Positions 63,573 to 64,000 of a DNA stretch of 64,000 nucleotides are shown one piece after another (the stretch's first letter is position 1; every line of letters begins with the position of its first letter). The notes beneath the pieces are model-generated. The model did not search any database and had not been told where the DNA came from. It was given only the letters and a program-made list of their open reading frames with translations. A program made the position numbers and the translations under genes. This DNA comes from Saccostrea echinata (taxonomy: Eukaryota), in NCBI RefSeq assembly GCF_033153115.1, contig NW_026889805.1, forward strand, positions 15,314,001 through 15,378,000, written 5' to 3'.

Positions 63573-64000
63573 CAGATCCATCTAGAAATATGAAATATGA
63601 TTTTCTAGCCAGAAACTATCATTAAGTAAAGAAAAAAAGCATGTTCCAGCTTTAACATTTTAATGCACTTTCCTATAGTTATAAACAGAGCTCTTCTATT
63701 TCAGGCCCGGGTTTATAAATAGTCTAGAATTGTCATGGCAACCGAGCCCTCTTAAATTTATTTTGTTGTAAAGCACCTTTTCAAAAACCTTCGGAAGCCT
63801 TTAGTTTAACAGTTTAACACAAGCCTTTAGTTTAGCATTGTAACACGTAGAATGACTTCTATATCAGTGGTAGAGAGTTCACGAAGTGTAACAGATTAAC
63901 AATGTATTTTTAGAAAGCATGTCACTTTATCTAATTGAGGGCTTTGAGCATCTGTTTTTTGGATAATACAATATAAAAATAATAATGTTAAAATGAATTT

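Overview
AT-rich eukaryotic (spliceosomal-intron) genomic DNA, most likely from an oyster-like bivalve, judged from its repeat families (Helentron-associated elements carrying ~166-bp satellite units, a V-domain tRNA SINE, Naiad-like Penelope elements). There is no prokaryotic content and no CRISPR array. I assembled four protein-coding genes by hand from GT-AG exons with consistent phases: (1) a minus-strand 14-exon type I membrane protein with four CUB domains (17200-22731, 673 aa); (2) a divergently transcribed plus-strand 5-exon single-CUB membrane protein (32494-38897, 226 aa); (3) a complete NO-sensitive soluble guanylate cyclase beta-1 gene (40825-46253, 611 aa); (4) the last two coding exons of a soluble guanylate cyclase alpha gene on the minus strand (59201-63233), convergent with beta. 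The rest is dominated by mobile DNA. The most striking item is a ~10.8-kb non-coding foldback-type element (5295-16098) with GAG...CTC ends, an exact 7-bp target-site duplication (ATTGTAA) and inverted arms built from a 21-bp satellite. Also notable: a smaller IS3EU-like foldback with 21-bp repeat arms, a conserved and co-varying RNA structure at the 3' end of four Penelope-like copies, a T-shaped hairpin element, and a ~42-bp array of decoy splice acceptors in front of sGC-beta exon 2. All calls were read by eye; no database searches were run.
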